Origin: an uncultured Acidimicrobiaceae bacterium
GTDB taxonomy: Bacteria; Actinomycetota; Acidimicrobiia; Acidimicrobiales; RAAP-2
Length of the DNA: 64,000 bases
NCBI GenBank assembly: GCA_963787485.1
Contig: CAWBDF010000008.1
Location: 23,755-87,754, forward strand
Reading direction: 5' to 3'
The translations under genes were made by a program, and so were the position numbers. The notes beneath the pieces were generated by a model. That model did not search any database. It saw nothing but the letters and a program-made list of their open reading frames with translations, and was not told the DNA's origin. Positions 9,190 to 22,410 of the stretch are shown in pieces (position 1 is the first letter of the stretch; each line of letters begins with the position of its first letter).

Positions 9190-10029
9190 TCAGCCCAGCA
9201 CCGCTCTCAGCTGACGGGCGAGCGCACGGGCCCCGAGGCGCAGGTCGTCGAGGTCGGGTCCGAGCTGCAACAGCCCGCGTGAGCTGCTCGGGAGCACCGT
9301 GCCGGGGCGGCACCCGGCGAATCGGGAGGCCAGGTCGGCCGGAGCGGCACCCTGGGCACCCAGCCCGGGAGCGAGGATCACGCCTCCGAGCTGGGACAAC
9401 GCGAATTCTGACGGCTCGAGGGTGGCCCCGATCACCGCCCCCACCGTGCCGGGGGGGATCTCGGGGTCGTCGTTGATCGACGCGATGTCCGCCAACAACA
9501 TGTCCTCGACGGGCACTCCCCCGGACGTCGTCGCCCGCTGCAATTCCCTCCCCTCGGGGTTGGAGCTGCGCACGACGACCAACACGCCGCGGCCGGTGGC
9601 CCCCGCCCGGCTGACCAGCGGGGCCAGCGCAGCCAGCCCGAGATACGGATGCACCGTCACCGCATCAGCGGCCAGCGGACTGCGCACGCCGAGCCACGCG
9701 TCGGCATAGGCCTCCGCGGTCGAGTCGATGTCCCCCCGTTTGGCGTCGGCGATCACGACGAGTCCCGCCGCCGAGGCGTCGGCGATCAGCCGTTCGAGCA
9801 CGGCCATCCCGGCCGAGCCGTGGCGCTCGAAGAAGGCCACCTGGGGCTTGACCGCGGCCACCAGGCCCGCGAATGCCTCCACGCAGGTCCCGCAGAACGA
9901 GGCCAGCCCGTCGGCGTCGTCGGTCAGTCCCCACGCTCCGAGGAGGGCGGGCGACGGGTCGATCCCCGCGCACAGCGGGCCCGTCTTACGCACGGCCGCG
10001 GCGACCCGGTCTCCGAAGCCCTCAGTCAT
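9190..10029 (-). CDS. pyrF: orotidine 5'-phosphate decarboxylase (type 2)
   Basis: From ATG 10027-10029: [55 protein letters not shown]. Overlaps the pyrD stop by 8 nt. Confidence 0.9.
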   Translation of the reverse strand: MTEGFGDRVAAAVRKTGPLCAGIDPSPALLGAWGLTDDADGLASFCGTCVEAFAGLVAAVKPQVAFFERHGSAGMAVLERLIADASAAGLVVIADAKRGDIDSTAEAYADAWLGVRSPLAADAVTVHPYLGLAALAPLVSRAGATGRGVLVVVRSSNPEGRELQRATTSGGVPVEDMLLADIASINDDPEIPPGTVGAVIGATLEPSEFALSQLGGVILAPGLGAQGAAPADLASRFAGCRPGTVLPSSSRGLLQLGPDLDDLRLGARALARQLRAVLG

Positions 10030-10951
10030 GCCGACGCCCCTCTTCCCGCAGCTGGGCCACGGTGACGCCGTGTGCCTCGCACCACCGCGCCAGCTGGCGT
10101 AGGACCTTCCACGGGGCACGGGGATCACGGAAGATGGCCGTCCCCACTTGCACGGCGTCGGCCCCGGCACGCAGCAATTCCACCGCGTCGCGACCGCACG
10201 ACACCCCACCCACGCCGACGATGGGCGCGTCGGGGAACGCGGCACGGCACTCCCACACGGCGCGCACCGCCACGGGGTGGACGGCGGGACCCGACACCCC
10301 TCCACCTCCGGCCCCGAGAACCGGCCGGCCCGACTCGACGTCGAGGGCCATGCCGAGCAACGTGTTCACGAGCGTCAACCCGTCCGCCCCGCCCTCGAGC
10401 GCCCCGGTGGCGATCTCCACCAGATCGGGCACGTTGGGGCTGAGCTTGGCCCAGCGGGGCACCCCGCATTCCGTCGCGGCCATCACCTGCGCCGTCGCCT
10501 CCGCGGAGTGGGCGAACAGGCGCGCCCGATCCTCCACGTTGGGACAGCTGACGTTGACCTCGAGCGCGACGATGCACGCGCCCCTCGGCGATGCAGCCAC
10601 AGCACCCACGGTCTCCGCCGCACGCGCGTAGTCCGACACCGTGCGACCCCACACGCTCACCACGACGCGTGCCGCAGCCTCCGACAGTCGCGGCAGCTCA
10701 CTCTCCGTCCAGGCGGTCAGTCCGGGACCCTGCAGGCCGACGCTGTTGAGCATGCTGGCGCCGACCACCTCGTGCACGCGGCGGCGCGGGGTTCCCGGGC
10801 CACGGCTCGACCGACAGGGACTTGACGACCACGGCGCCGAGCTCGCGCAGAACGCCGTAGTCGGACAATTCGGTGCCGTGGCCCGACGTCCCCGAAGCCG
10901 TGAGCACCGGGTTGGGCAGCTCGACCGTCCCCACCCGCGTCGCCAGCGCGC

Positions 10952-10955
<4 letters not shown>
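10022..10955 (-). CDS. pyrD: dihydroorotate dehydrogenase, class 1 (catalytic Cys type), frame interrupted by an apparent 1-nt insertion near 10778-10787
   Basis: N-terminus in frame of ORF 10698-11057 ([44 protein letters not shown]). The rest is in frame of ORF 10022-10777 ([41 protein letters not shown]). Removing one base from gcgccgccgcgtgcac restores GNPAPRVHEV. Confidence 0.85.
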
Positions 10956-14238
<3,283 letters not shown>

Positions 14239-14239
<1 letters not shown>

Positions 14240-15339
14240 CAGCGCAACAGCTCGCGAAAGGCGTCGAAGAGGTACCGGGCGTCGTGTGGACCCGGCGCCG
14301 CCTCCGGGTGGTACTGCACCGAGAAGGCCGGCACCTTGGTGCAGCGGAACCCCTCGATGACCCCGTCGTTGAGGTTGACGTGGGTCGTCTCGGTGTCGGG
14401 GACCTCCATCACCGCGTAGTTGTGGTTCTGGCTCGTGATCTCGACCACCCCGGTCTCCAGGGACCGCACCGGATGGTTGGCCCCGTGGTGGCCGAAGGGC
14501 AGCTTGTAGGTGGAGCCGCCCAACGCGGTGGCCAGGATCTGGTGCCCGAGACAGATGCCGAAGATGGGCACCCGTCCGACGAGGGCCGCCACCTCGGCGG
14601 TCGGGCCACCCAGGGCGGCCGGGTCACCCGGGCCGTTGGAGAGGAACACGCCGTCGGGGTCGAGTGACAGCACCTCGTCGGCCGTGGTGCCCGACGGCAC
14701 CACGGTGACCTCGCCGAGCGCGGTCAAGAGCCGGATCATGGTGGCCTTCACCCCGAAGTCGTAGGCGACGACGCGCCGGCCGTTGCGGGCTCCCGCTCCC
14801 CGTCCCGGGTGCGTCGTGGTCCGGCGCGCGGTGACACCCGAGACCAGGTCGAGCCCGTCGGTGCCCACCGCGGCAGACGCCGCCGCGGCCAGCTGCGCCT
14901 CGGGCGCGGTGCCGAAGGCGCACGGAATCGCGCCGGCCCGGCGCACGTGGCGGGCCAGACGGCGGGTGTCGACACCGGTCAGGGCGGGCACGCCGTGGCG
15001 GACCAAGAAGGGCTCCAGCCCCTCGGTCGAGCGCCAGTTCGAGGGCCGGGTGGCCAGGTCGCGCACGACGACACCCCGGCAGTGCGGAGCGGCGGCCTCG
15101 TCGTCGAGGGCGTTGGTCCCGTAGTTGCCGATCTGGGTGCTGGTGAAGGCGATCACCTGACCGGCGTAAGAGGGATCGGTGACGATCTCCTGGTATCCGC
15201 TCATGGCCGTGTTGAACACCAGCTCCCCCGTGGCCAGCGGAACGGCGGCGCCCGCGGCCTCCCCGTTGAAAACGGCGCCGTCGGCCGTCACCAACCTCGC
15301 CGCGGGCCGGTCGTCGCCCTCCGATGCCGGTGCCGTCAC
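14239..15339 (-). CDS. carA: carbamoyl-phosphate synthase small (glutaminase) subunit
   Basis: From GTG 15337-15339 (GTGA overlap with the pyrC stop): ..[53 protein letters not shown]. Confidence 0.95.
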
Positions 15340-16673
15340 CGCTGGGCCACGGAGTCGATCACGACGGGCTCGCCACGCAGGATGGTGTGGCGCACCGCGC
15401 CGGTGAAAGCGCGGCCGGCGTACGGCGTGTTCCTGCTCCGACTGGCCAGGCGGCCGGGGTCGACCACCGTCGTGGCGTCCGGGTCGAACACGCACAGGTT
15501 GGCCGTCGCGCCCTCGGCCACCGGACCCCCCTGGGCACTGTGGCCGGCCCGGCGCGGGTCGCTCGCCCTGAGCTTGGCGATGGCCGCCGGCTGCCTGCTC
15601 ATGAGGGCGAAGACACGCTCGGGACCGAGCACGGGCGAGAGGACCTCCCAGGCCACGGGCAGCGCCGTCTGCAGCCCGAGCATGCCTGGGGGGGCCTGGT
15701 CGAAGGGGACGTCCTTGGTCTCGGGGGCGTGGGGCGCGTGGTCGGTGGCCACGGCGTCGATGGTCCCGTCGCAGAGTCCGGCCACCACCGCGGCCACGTC
15801 GTCGTCGGTGCGCAGGGGCGGGTTGACCTTGAAGACCGGGTCGTACCCCGCGACGGCGGCGTGCGTGAGCAGCATGTGGTGCGGCGCCGCTTCGGCGGTC
15901 ACCGGCAGCCCCTCGGCCTTGGCCCGACGAACCAGCTCGACCGAGCCCGCGGTTGAGAGGTGGAGGAAGTGCACGGGCGCGCCGGTCAGGCGAGCCAGCG
16001 CCACGTCGCGGGCCACCATCACCTCTTCGGCCGCCGCGGGCGTACCGGGAAGGCCCAGTCGGCTCGACCAACAGCCTTCGTGCATGGACCCTCCGCCGGC
16101 GAGGGACGCGTCCTCGCAGTGCTGGGCCAACGTGACGTCGAATCCCTTCGCCCTGAGACCATTGGCGTAGTCGAGGGCACGCCGCATCAGCGCGCCGTCC
16201 TGCACGCCGGAGCCGTCGTCGGTGAACAGCGTCACGCCGAGGGCGGCCAGCTCGCCCAGTGGGGCCAGCAACTGCCCGGCCCGACCCTTGGTGATGGCGC
16301 CCGACACCACCACCTCGGCGGTGCACCCCCGGCCGAGGGCCAGCACCTCGGCCGCCACCCCGGCCGTATCGATGGGCGGCTCGGTGTTGGGCATGGCCAC
16401 CACCGCGGTGAAACCTCCGAGTGCCGCAGCACGCGCGCCGGTCTCCACCGTCTCGGCCTCCTCGCGCCCGGGCTGGCGCAGGTGGGTGTGCACGTCGACC
16501 AGGCCGGGCCCGACCAGGCAACCCGACGCGTCGAGGACCCGGACACGGCCGGGCGACTCGACGGTCGGGGCCACGGCGACGACGAGGTCACCGCGCACCC
16601 CCACGTCGCGACGCGCCAGGCCCTCGGGACCGACCACGCTGCCCCCCCGGATGACCAGATCGAGCTCAGGCAA
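15336..16673 (-). CDS. pyrC: dihydroorotase
   Basis: From TTG 16671-16673: [41 protein letters not shown]. Upstream part of track ORF 15336-16973 overlaps pyrB out of frame. Confidence 0.92.
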   Translation of the reverse strand: MPELDLVIRGGSVVGPEGLARRDVGVRGDLVVAVAPTVESPGRVRVLDASGCLVGPGLVDVHTHLRQPGREEAETVETGARAAALGGFTAVVAMPNTEPPIDTAGVAAEVLALGRGCTAEVVVSGAITKGRAGQLLAPLGELAALGVTLFTDDGSGVQDGALMRRALDYANGLRAKGFDVTLAQHCEDASLAGGGSMHEGCWSSRLGLPGTPAAAEEVMVARDVALARLTGAPVHFLHLSTAGSVELVRRAKAEGLPVTAEAAPHHMLLTHAAVAGYDPVFKVNPPLRTDDDVAAVVAGLCDGTIDAVATDHAPHAPETKDVPFDQAPPGMLGLQTALPVAWEVLSPVLGPERVFALMSRQPAAIAKLRASDPRRAGHSAQGGPVAEGATANLCVFDPDATTVVDPGRLASRSRNTPYAGRAFTGAVRHTILRGEPVVIDSVAQR

Positions 16674-17637
16674 CGGACGACACCTCCCCGCCGAGGAGGA
16701 GGAAGAGGATGGCCATCCGCACCGCCACCCCGTTGGCCACCTGCTGGGTGACCACGGTGCCGGGGAGGTCGGCCACCTCCGAGGCGATCTCCACCCCGCG
16801 CACCATCGGCCCGGGGTGGGTGACGATGGCCCCCTCTGCCAGCAGCTGGGCCCGCCGGGCCGTGAGCCCCCAACCCGCGGTGTACTCGCGCAGACTGGGC
16901 ACGAAGGCCCCACTGCCCCGCTCGGCCTGCAGGCGCAGCAGGGAGACGACGTCGGCATCGCCCAGGGCCGCATCGAGATCGGGAGCCACCTCCACCGGCC
17001 AGCCCTCGAGGGAGGGCGGGAGCAGGCTGCCCGGCGCAGCCAGGGTCACCCGCGCCCCGAGGGCCGAGTAGGCCAGGACCTCGGAGCGGGCCACGCGGCT
17101 GTGGCGGACGTCCCCCACGATCAGCACGCGCAGGTCCTCGAAGCAGCTGACCCCGAGCTCCTCGGGGGTCGCACCCTTGCGCTCGGCCATGACCTGGCGC
17201 ACCGTGAAACAGTCGATCAGGGCCTGCGTGGGGTGCTCGTGCCATCCGTCGCCGGCGTTGATCACGTGTGCCCGCTGCACCCATTCGGCCACCCGGTGCG
17301 GCGCGCCCGCCGAGGAGTGGCGGATCACCACGGCGTCGATCCCCATCGCTTCGATCGTCTCGACGGTGTCGCGCAGGCTCTCGCCCTTCTGCACCGAGGA
17401 GCTGGCCACCGCCAGCGAGAGCACGTCGGCCGAAAGCCGCTTGGCTGCCGTCTCGAAGGAGAGTCGGGTGCGGGTGGACTCCTCGAAGAACAAGGTGGCC
17501 ACCACCTTCCCGCGCAGGGTCGGCACCTTGGGGACCGACCGGCGCTCCACCTCGGCGAACGCCTCGGCCACGCGGAGCACCTCGGCCATCCCCTCGGGCC
17601 CCAGGTCGGCGATGGAGAGCAGGTGGCTCGCGGTCAC
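16666..17637 (-). CDS. pyrB: aspartate carbamoyltransferase catalytic subunit
   Basis: 323 aa: [37 protein letters not shown] overlap with the pyrR stop. Confidence 0.95.
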   Translation of the reverse strand: MTASHLLSIADLGPEGMAEVLRVAEAFAEVERRSVPKVPTLRGKVVATLFFEESTRTRLSFETAAKRLSADVLSLAVASSSVQKGESLRDTVETIEAMGIDAVVIRHSSAGAPHRVAEWVQRAHVINAGDGWHEHPTQALIDCFTVRQVMAERKGATPEELGVSCFEDLRVLIVGDVRHSRVARSEVLAYSALGARVTLAAPGSLLPPSLEGWPVEVAPDLDAALGDADVVSLLRLQAERGSGAFVPSLREYTAGWGLTARRAQLLAEGAIVTHPGPMVRGVEIASEVADLPGTVVTQQVANGVAVRMAILFLLLGGEVSSVA

Positions 17638-18206
17638 TTGGCCTCCAGGGTGCCGATCCAGACCCCGTCGTCGCCGACGTCGACCATCTCCTCGCGACGG
17701 GTGGGCAAGTTCTTCCCCACGTAGTCGGGGCGGATGGGGAGTTCCCGGTGTCCGCGGTCGACCATGACCGCGAGCTGGATCGCCCGGGCCCGGCCGTAGT
17801 CGTTGAGGGCGTTGAGGGCGGCCCGGATGGTGCGCCCGGTGAAGAGGACGTCATCGACCAGGACGACCACCCGGCCCGCCAGGTCCACCGGGATGTCGGT
17901 GACCGCCTCGGGGAGCACGGGACGGAGCCCGATGTCGTCGCGGTAGAAGGCCACATCGAGGGTGCCCACCTCGACGTCGTCGGAGCCCTCGATCTGACGC
18001 AAGACCTCCGCCATGCGGACCGCCAACGGGACTCCGCCGGTCTGGAGCCCGACCAGGATCACGTCGTCGGCTCCTCCGTTGCGCTCGACGATCTCGTGCG
18101 CGATGCGGGTGACGGCGCGTTGGACGTCGGCGGCGGACAGGACCTGGGAATGGGCGACGAACACACCCCCGAGGGGCCGCGTATGACTGCGTTCGCGTTC
18201 GGCCAC
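17634..18206 (-). CDS. pyrR: bifunctional pyrimidine operon regulator / uracil phosphoribosyltransferase PyrR
   Basis: 190 aa: ..[58 protein letters not shown] start with AGGAGG upstream. Confidence 0.93.
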   Translation of the reverse strand: MAERERSHTRPLGGVFVAHSQVLSAADVQRAVTRIAHEIVERNGGADDVILVGLQTGGVPLAVRMAEVLRQIEGSDDVEVGTLDVAFYRDDIGLRPVLPEAVTDIPVDLAGRVVVLVDDVLFTGRTIRAALNALNDYGRARAIQLAVMVDRGHRELPIRPDYVGKNLPTRREEMVDVGDDGVWIGTLEAK

Positions 18207-18217
18207 CGATCCTCCTG

Positions 18218-18248
18218 CCGTGTGAGCCTCACTGGACCCACTTCACGG
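18218..18248 (-). promoter_or_regulatory. PyrR-binding RNA hairpin in the pyrR leader, abutting the Shine-Dalgarno
   Basis: Minus-strand RNA: CCGUGAAGUGGGUCCAGUGAGGCUCACACGG-CAGGAGGAUCG-GUG. Outer stem is CCGUG/CACGG and inner stem GUGGG/CUCAC. The loop GUCCAGUGAGGCU has one mismatch to the PyrR consensus UCCAGAGAGGCU as I recall it. Confidence 0.65.
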
Positions 18249-18261
18249 TCGGGGGACGACT

Positions 18262-18663
18262 CTAGCGCGATCCGATCTCGCCCGAGATCGTCGAGAGAAT
18301 GCCGTTGACGAACCCGCCCGACTCCTCCGTCGAGTACGCCTTGGCCAGCTCGACCGCTTCGTCGATCACCACGGCCGTGGGAGGGCCGTTCGGGTCGAGC
18401 AGCTCGGACACGGCCAGCCGGAGCACCAAGCGGTCCACCACCGCCATGCGCTCGAGCGGCCACCCCACCGAGGCGGCGGCGATGCGGCGATCGGCCTCGT
18501 GGCGTGTCGCGGTGGCGCGCTCGACCAACGTGCACACGAAGTCATCGGGAGGCACCGGCAAGTCGGCCACCACCTCCCTCGGGTCGCTGCCCTTGAGCTC
18601 GGCCTCGTACAGCAGCGACAGCACCCTCTCCCGCTGCTGGTGCCGCGGCGCGGCGTCGCTCAC
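18262..18663 (-). CDS. nusB: transcription antitermination factor NusB
   Basis: 133 aa: RERVLSLLYEAELKG..VLRLAVSELL..PPTAVVIDEAVELAKAYSTEESGGFVNGIL. Confidence 0.9.
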   Translation of the reverse strand: MSDAAPRHQQRERVLSLLYEAELKGSDPREVVADLPVPPDDFVCTLVERATATRHEADRRIAAASVGWPLERMAVVDRLVLRLAVSELLDPNGPPTAVVIDEAVELAKAYSTEESGGFVNGILSTISGEIGSR

Positions 18664-18681
18664 GGCGTCGTCGGACCCGGG

Positions 18682-19242
18682 TCAGGCCCGGGTCAGGTAC
18701 TCACCTGAACGCGTGTCGACCTTGATCACGTCGCCGGTGTTCACGAACAGCGGCACCTGCACCACCAGGCCGGTCTGGAGGGTGGCCGGCTTGCGTGCCC
18801 CTGAGACGCGGTCGCCCTGGATCCCCGGCTCCGTCTCGGTCACCGTGAGCTCCACGGCGGCTGGGAGCTCCACCCCGACGATCTCCCCGTTGTACATCTG
18901 CAGGTTGGCCGCGTCACCCTCTTTGAGGTAGTTCGGCGTCTCGCCGAGCGACGCCGGCGCGGCGCTCATCTGCTCGTAGCTCGTGGTGTCCATGAAGACG
19001 TAGTCGCCGCCGTCGCGGTAGAGGAATTGCATGTCGCGCTTGTCAATGATGGCCTGTTCCAGCTTCTCGTCGGCCCGGTAGGTGCGCTCGATCACGGCAC
19101 CGCTGCGGACGTTCTTCAGCTTCGTCCGCACGAAGGCGCCGCCCTTGCCCGGCTTGACGTGCTGGAACTCCACGACGCTGAACAGACCCTCGGGGAGGTC
19201 CAGGCTCATGCCGTTCTTCAGGTCATTGGTCGAGACTGCCAT
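18682..19242 (-). CDS. efp: elongation factor P
   Basis: From ATG 19240-19242: MAVSTNDLKNGMSLDL..VVEFQHVKPGKGGAFVRTKLKN..VTETEPGIQGDRVSGARKPATLQTG. Confidence 0.96.
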   Translation of the reverse strand: MAVSTNDLKNGMSLDLPEGLFSVVEFQHVKPGKGGAFVRTKLKNVRSGAVIERTYRADEKLEQAIIDKRDMQFLYRDGGDYVFMDTTSYEQMSAAPASLGETPNYLKEGDAANLQMYNGEIVGVELPAAVELTVTETEPGIQGDRVSGARKPATLQTGLVVQVPLFVNTGDVIKVDTRSGEYLTRA

Positions 19243-20362
19243 GGATGTCCTTTGTGAATCGGGTGAGGGGGCGTGCGCCGTCCTCGGTGACGACGAGCGT
19301 GTCCTCCACGCGGACCCCACCGTGCCCGGGGACGTACACGCCGGGCTCGACGGTGACGACGAAGCCGGGGGCGAGGATAGCAGTGCCCAATTGGCTGACC
19401 GAAGGGGCCTCGTGGATGTCGAGCCCGACACCGTGTCCGGTCCCGTGCTCGAAGCGCTCGGCCCAGCCTGCCTCGGCGATGATCCGGCGGCACACGTCGT
19501 CGACCTCCTTGGCGGTGACGCCCGGACGAACCGCGGCGGCACCGGCGGCCTGCGACGTCCCGACCACGTCGAAGATGCGCGCCAGCTCCCCTTCCGGCTC
19601 GGCATCCACGCAGAAGGTCCGGGTCATGTCGGAGCGGTACCCCTCGAAGGTGGCCCCGAAGTCCACCACGACGGGGTCGCCGTGCCCGATGCGGCGCCCG
19701 CCCGGACGGTGGTGCGGCTTGGCCGAGTTCTCGCCACTGGCCACGATGGTCTCGAAGGCCGTCCCCTCGGCTCCACCCCTCCGCATGGCGCTGTCGAGCT
19801 CGAGTGCGAAGTGCTCCTCGGACACGCCTTGGCCGAGGAGTGGCAGGACCTCGAACAGTGCGGCGTCCGCGATGGCGGCCGCCCGCTCCATGCGGTCCAG
19901 CTCGGCGGGGTCCTTGCACTGGCGCAACGCCTCCACCACGTTGGCCGTGGCGACGAGGTCACGGTCGAGGAGCTCGGTCCAGGTGCGTTGGCCGTTCCAC
20001 GTCACGTTGTCCGCTTCGAGCCCGACCCGCATCCCGGTCCCCGTCAGCAGGGCCCGGGCCGCCTGGCGTTGCTCGGCCGCCGAACCGATCACGATGTCCA
20101 CGTCGTCGCCGGCGCCGGACCGCGAGACCTGCTCGGCCGACTGGGTCCGGTAGCGACCGTCCGTTGTCAGCACCGCGCCACCGCCGCTGACCGTGAGCAC
20201 TCCCGCCGATCCGCTGAACCCCGTCAGGTACCGCACGTTGGCCAGCGTCGTCACCACGAGCGCGTCGATCTGGTGCTCCGCGAAGCTGGCGCGCAGCCGG
20301 TCCAGGCGGCCCTCCACGGTGATGGGCAGCAGGGTCGTCTCCGGCGGCGCATAGGGGTTCAC
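19223..20362 (-). CDS. pepQ: Xaa-Pro aminopeptidase/dipeptidase, M24 family
   Basis: From GTG 20360-20362 (GTGA overlap with aroQ): ..NVRYLTGFSGSAG..TDGRYRTQ..VVDFGATFEGYRSDMTRT..HGTGHGVGLDIHE..TVEPGVY..GGVRVEDT. Synteny pepQ-efp-nusB. Confidence 0.88.
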   Translation of the reverse strand: MNPYAPPETTLLPITVEGRLDRLRASFAEHQIDALVVTTLANVRYLTGFSGSAGVLTVSGGGAVLTTDGRYRTQSAEQVSRSGAGDDVDIVIGSAAEQRQAARALLTGTGMRVGLEADNVTWNGQRTWTELLDRDLVATANVVEALRQCKDPAELDRMERAAAIADAALFEVLPLLGQGVSEEHFALELDSAMRRGGAEGTAFETIVASGENSAKPHHRPGGRRIGHGDPVVVDFGATFEGYRSDMTRTFCVDAEPEGELARIFDVVGTSQAAGAAAVRPGVTAKEVDDVCRRIIAEAGWAERFEHGTGHGVGLDIHEAPSVSQLGTAILAPGFVVTVEPGVYVPGHGGVRVEDTLVVTEDGARPLTRFTKDIHGSLDQ

Positions 20363-20832
20363 GTTGCTCCTTTCACCCGTGCTCCGTTCAAGGGTGTCCC
20401 CTCCAGCAGGGCGGCGACGGCGTCGACGGCGAGCTCGTAGCCGAGGCCGCCGAACCCGGCGACCACACCCGACGCCACAGGTGCCAGCACCGAGGTGTGC
20501 CGGAAGGGCTCCCGGGCGGCGGGATTGGAGAGGTGCAGCTCCACGACGGGTCCCTCGAAGGTGGCCAGGGCGTCGTGCAAAGCCCACGACGTGTGGCTGA
20601 GCGCGCCCGCGTTCACCACCAGCGCCGCCGCCCGGCCGCGGGCCGCGTGCACGGCCTCAATCAGCGCGCCCTCGTGGTTGCTCTGGACGTGCTCGAGGTC
20701 GAGCCCGTGGAGTGCCGCCGTCCGCGCGGCCCGCGCCACGTGGTCGGCCAGCGTGGCGGTGCCATAGACCGCCGGTTCCCGCTCGCCGAGCAGGTCGAGG
20801 TTCGGTCCCGACAGCACGAGGACCAGGCTCAC
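20359..20832 (-). CDS. aroQ: type II 3-dehydroquinate dehydratase
   Basis: 157 aa: VLVLSGPNLDLLGEREPAVYG..QSNHEGALIE..NAGALSHTSWALHDA..VELHLSNPAAREPFRH. Confidence 0.94.
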   Translation of the reverse strand: MSLVLVLSGPNLDLLGEREPAVYGTATLADHVARAARTAALHGLDLEHVQSNHEGALIEAVHAARGRAAALVVNAGALSHTSWALHDALATFEGPVVELHLSNPAAREPFRHTSVLAPVASGVVAGFGGLGYELAVDAVAALLEGTPLNGARVKGAT

Positions 20833-21869
20833 GAGCGCGCACCCATGGCTGCCAGGGTAGCCACCACGTCCGCGGCGGCGACGCCGTGGACCGGCTCGAC
20901 CCCGGCGGGTCCGTCGAGCACGAAGGTCAGGTCCTGGTGCGCCTTCTTGTCGCGGGCCATGAAGGTGAGCAGCTCGTCGGCTCGCGTTCCGGGCGGCAGG
21001 TCGGTGGACAGCTCGAAGCTCGCCAGCACGGCGCGATGCTCCGCCACGCGCTCGTCGTCAATGCGGCCCAGCCGCCGAGCCAGCAGCGCGGCGAAGACGA
21101 GCCCCAGGGCCACCGCCTCCCCATGGCGCAGGTCCCACCCGTGATGATCGGCCCGCGCCGCGGCTTCGAGGGCGTGGGCCAGGGTGTGGCCGTAGTTGAG
21201 GACGGCTCGCCGTCCGCCTTCGCGCTCGTCCTCGGCCACCACCGCCGCCTTGATGCTCACACAGCGCGCCACCTGCTCCTCCACGGGCTGGGTGGCGGTC
21301 GGCGCGTCCCCGAGGAAGGCGTACTTGGCCACCTCCCCCCGGCCACAAGTCCACTCGCGGGGCGGGAGCGAGGAGAGCGTCTCTGTGTCGCACAGCACGG
21401 CCTCGGGCTGCCAGAAGGCGCCGACCAGGTTCTTGCCCTCGGGCAGGTTCACCCCGGTCTTGCCCCCGACGGCCGCGTCCACCTGGGCCAGCAGCGTGGT
21501 GGCCACGTTCACGTAGGCGATGCCGCGGTGATAGGTGGCGGCGGCGAACCCCGCGACGTCGGTGACGATGCCGCCCCCGACGGCCACGATGGCATCGGAC
21601 CGGGAGAGGCCTCGCCGGGCGAACCGACGGGCCAGGTCCTCGACCGTGGCGAGCGTCTTGGCGTCCTCGCCGTCGGGGATCAGGCACACCTCGGCGGGCA
21701 CCCCGGGGTCGAGCCCGTGGAGCCAGCCGGCATCGGCGACCGCCTGCTGGGACACCACGGCGGCGCAACGAGCACCGGCCGGCAGGAACCGTGCCACCTC
21801 GTGGCGGGCTCCCGGCCCCACCAAGACGGGGTAGGACCGTTCGCCGAGGTCGACCGACAGGGCGCGCAC
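20829..21869 (-). CDS. aroB: 3-dehydroquinate synthase
   Basis: From GTG 21867-21869: VRALSVDLGERSYPV..VAVGGGIVTDVAGFAAATYHRGI..TTLLAQVDAAVGGKTGVNL..NYGHTLAHALE. Confidence 0.92.
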   Translation of the reverse strand: MRALSVDLGERSYPVLVGPGARHEVARFLPAGARCAAVVSQQAVADAGWLHGLDPGVPAEVCLIPDGEDAKTLATVEDLARRFARRGLSRSDAIVAVGGGIVTDVAGFAAATYHRGIAYVNVATTLLAQVDAAVGGKTGVNLPEGKNLVGAFWQPEAVLCDTETLSSLPPREWTCGRGEVAKYAFLGDAPTATQPVEEQVARCVSIKAAVVAEDEREGGRRAVLNYGHTLAHALEAAARADHHGWDLRHGEAVALGLVFAALLARRLGRIDDERVAEHRAVLASFELSTDLPPGTRADELLTFMARDKKAHQDLTFVLDGPAGVEPVHGVAAADVVATLAAMGARS

Positions 21870-21873
21870 TCCG

Positions 21874-22410
21874 CTACTCCGCGCCCTCGACCTGGGCCTG
21901 GACCACGGCGTCGACCACGCGCCGGGCCACCTCGGCGGCCCCCAGGTCGTCGACGTCGATGACCAGGTCCGCGACCTCGGCGTAGAAAGGTGCACGCTCG
22001 GCGTTCAGACGTGCCACCGCCTCGGCCGGATCGTCGCTCAAGAGGGGCCGGCCGGTGCCCTTGCCCACCCGAGCGGCGAGCGTGTCGGGACGGGCCCGCA
22101 ACCACACCACCGTGCCGCTCGCCGCGATCAGGCGGCGGTTCTGCGCGCTGAGCACGGCGCCTCCGGCGACGGAGACCACCGACGGCGCGTCCTCGCTGCA
22201 AGCCGCGGCCAGCACCGTGGCCTCCGCCTGCCGGAACGCCGCCTCCCCGTCGCGGGTGAAGAGCTCCGGCACGCTGAGCCCGGTGGCCGCTTCGACGTCG
22301 GCGTCCGAGTCCCGATAGGCCCAACCCAACCTCGATGCAACCAGGTTCCCCGTGGTGGTCTTGCCGGCGCCCATCATCCCGACCAGCAGCACGCGCGCCG
22401 CCGCCCTCAT
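21874..22410 (-). CDS. aroK: shikimate kinase
   Basis: 178 aa: VLLVGMMGAGKTTTGNLVASRLGWAYRDSD..FRQAE..VSVAGGAV. ATGA overlap with the aroC stop. Confidence 0.9.
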   Translation of the reverse strand: MRAAARVLLVGMMGAGKTTTGNLVASRLGWAYRDSDADVEAATGLSVPELFTRDGEAAFRQAEATVLAAACSEDAPSVVSVAGGAVLSAQNRRLIAASGTVVWLRARPDTLAARVGKGTGRPLLSDDPAEAVARLNAERAPFYAEVADLVIDVDDLGAAEVARRVVDAVVQAQVEGAE

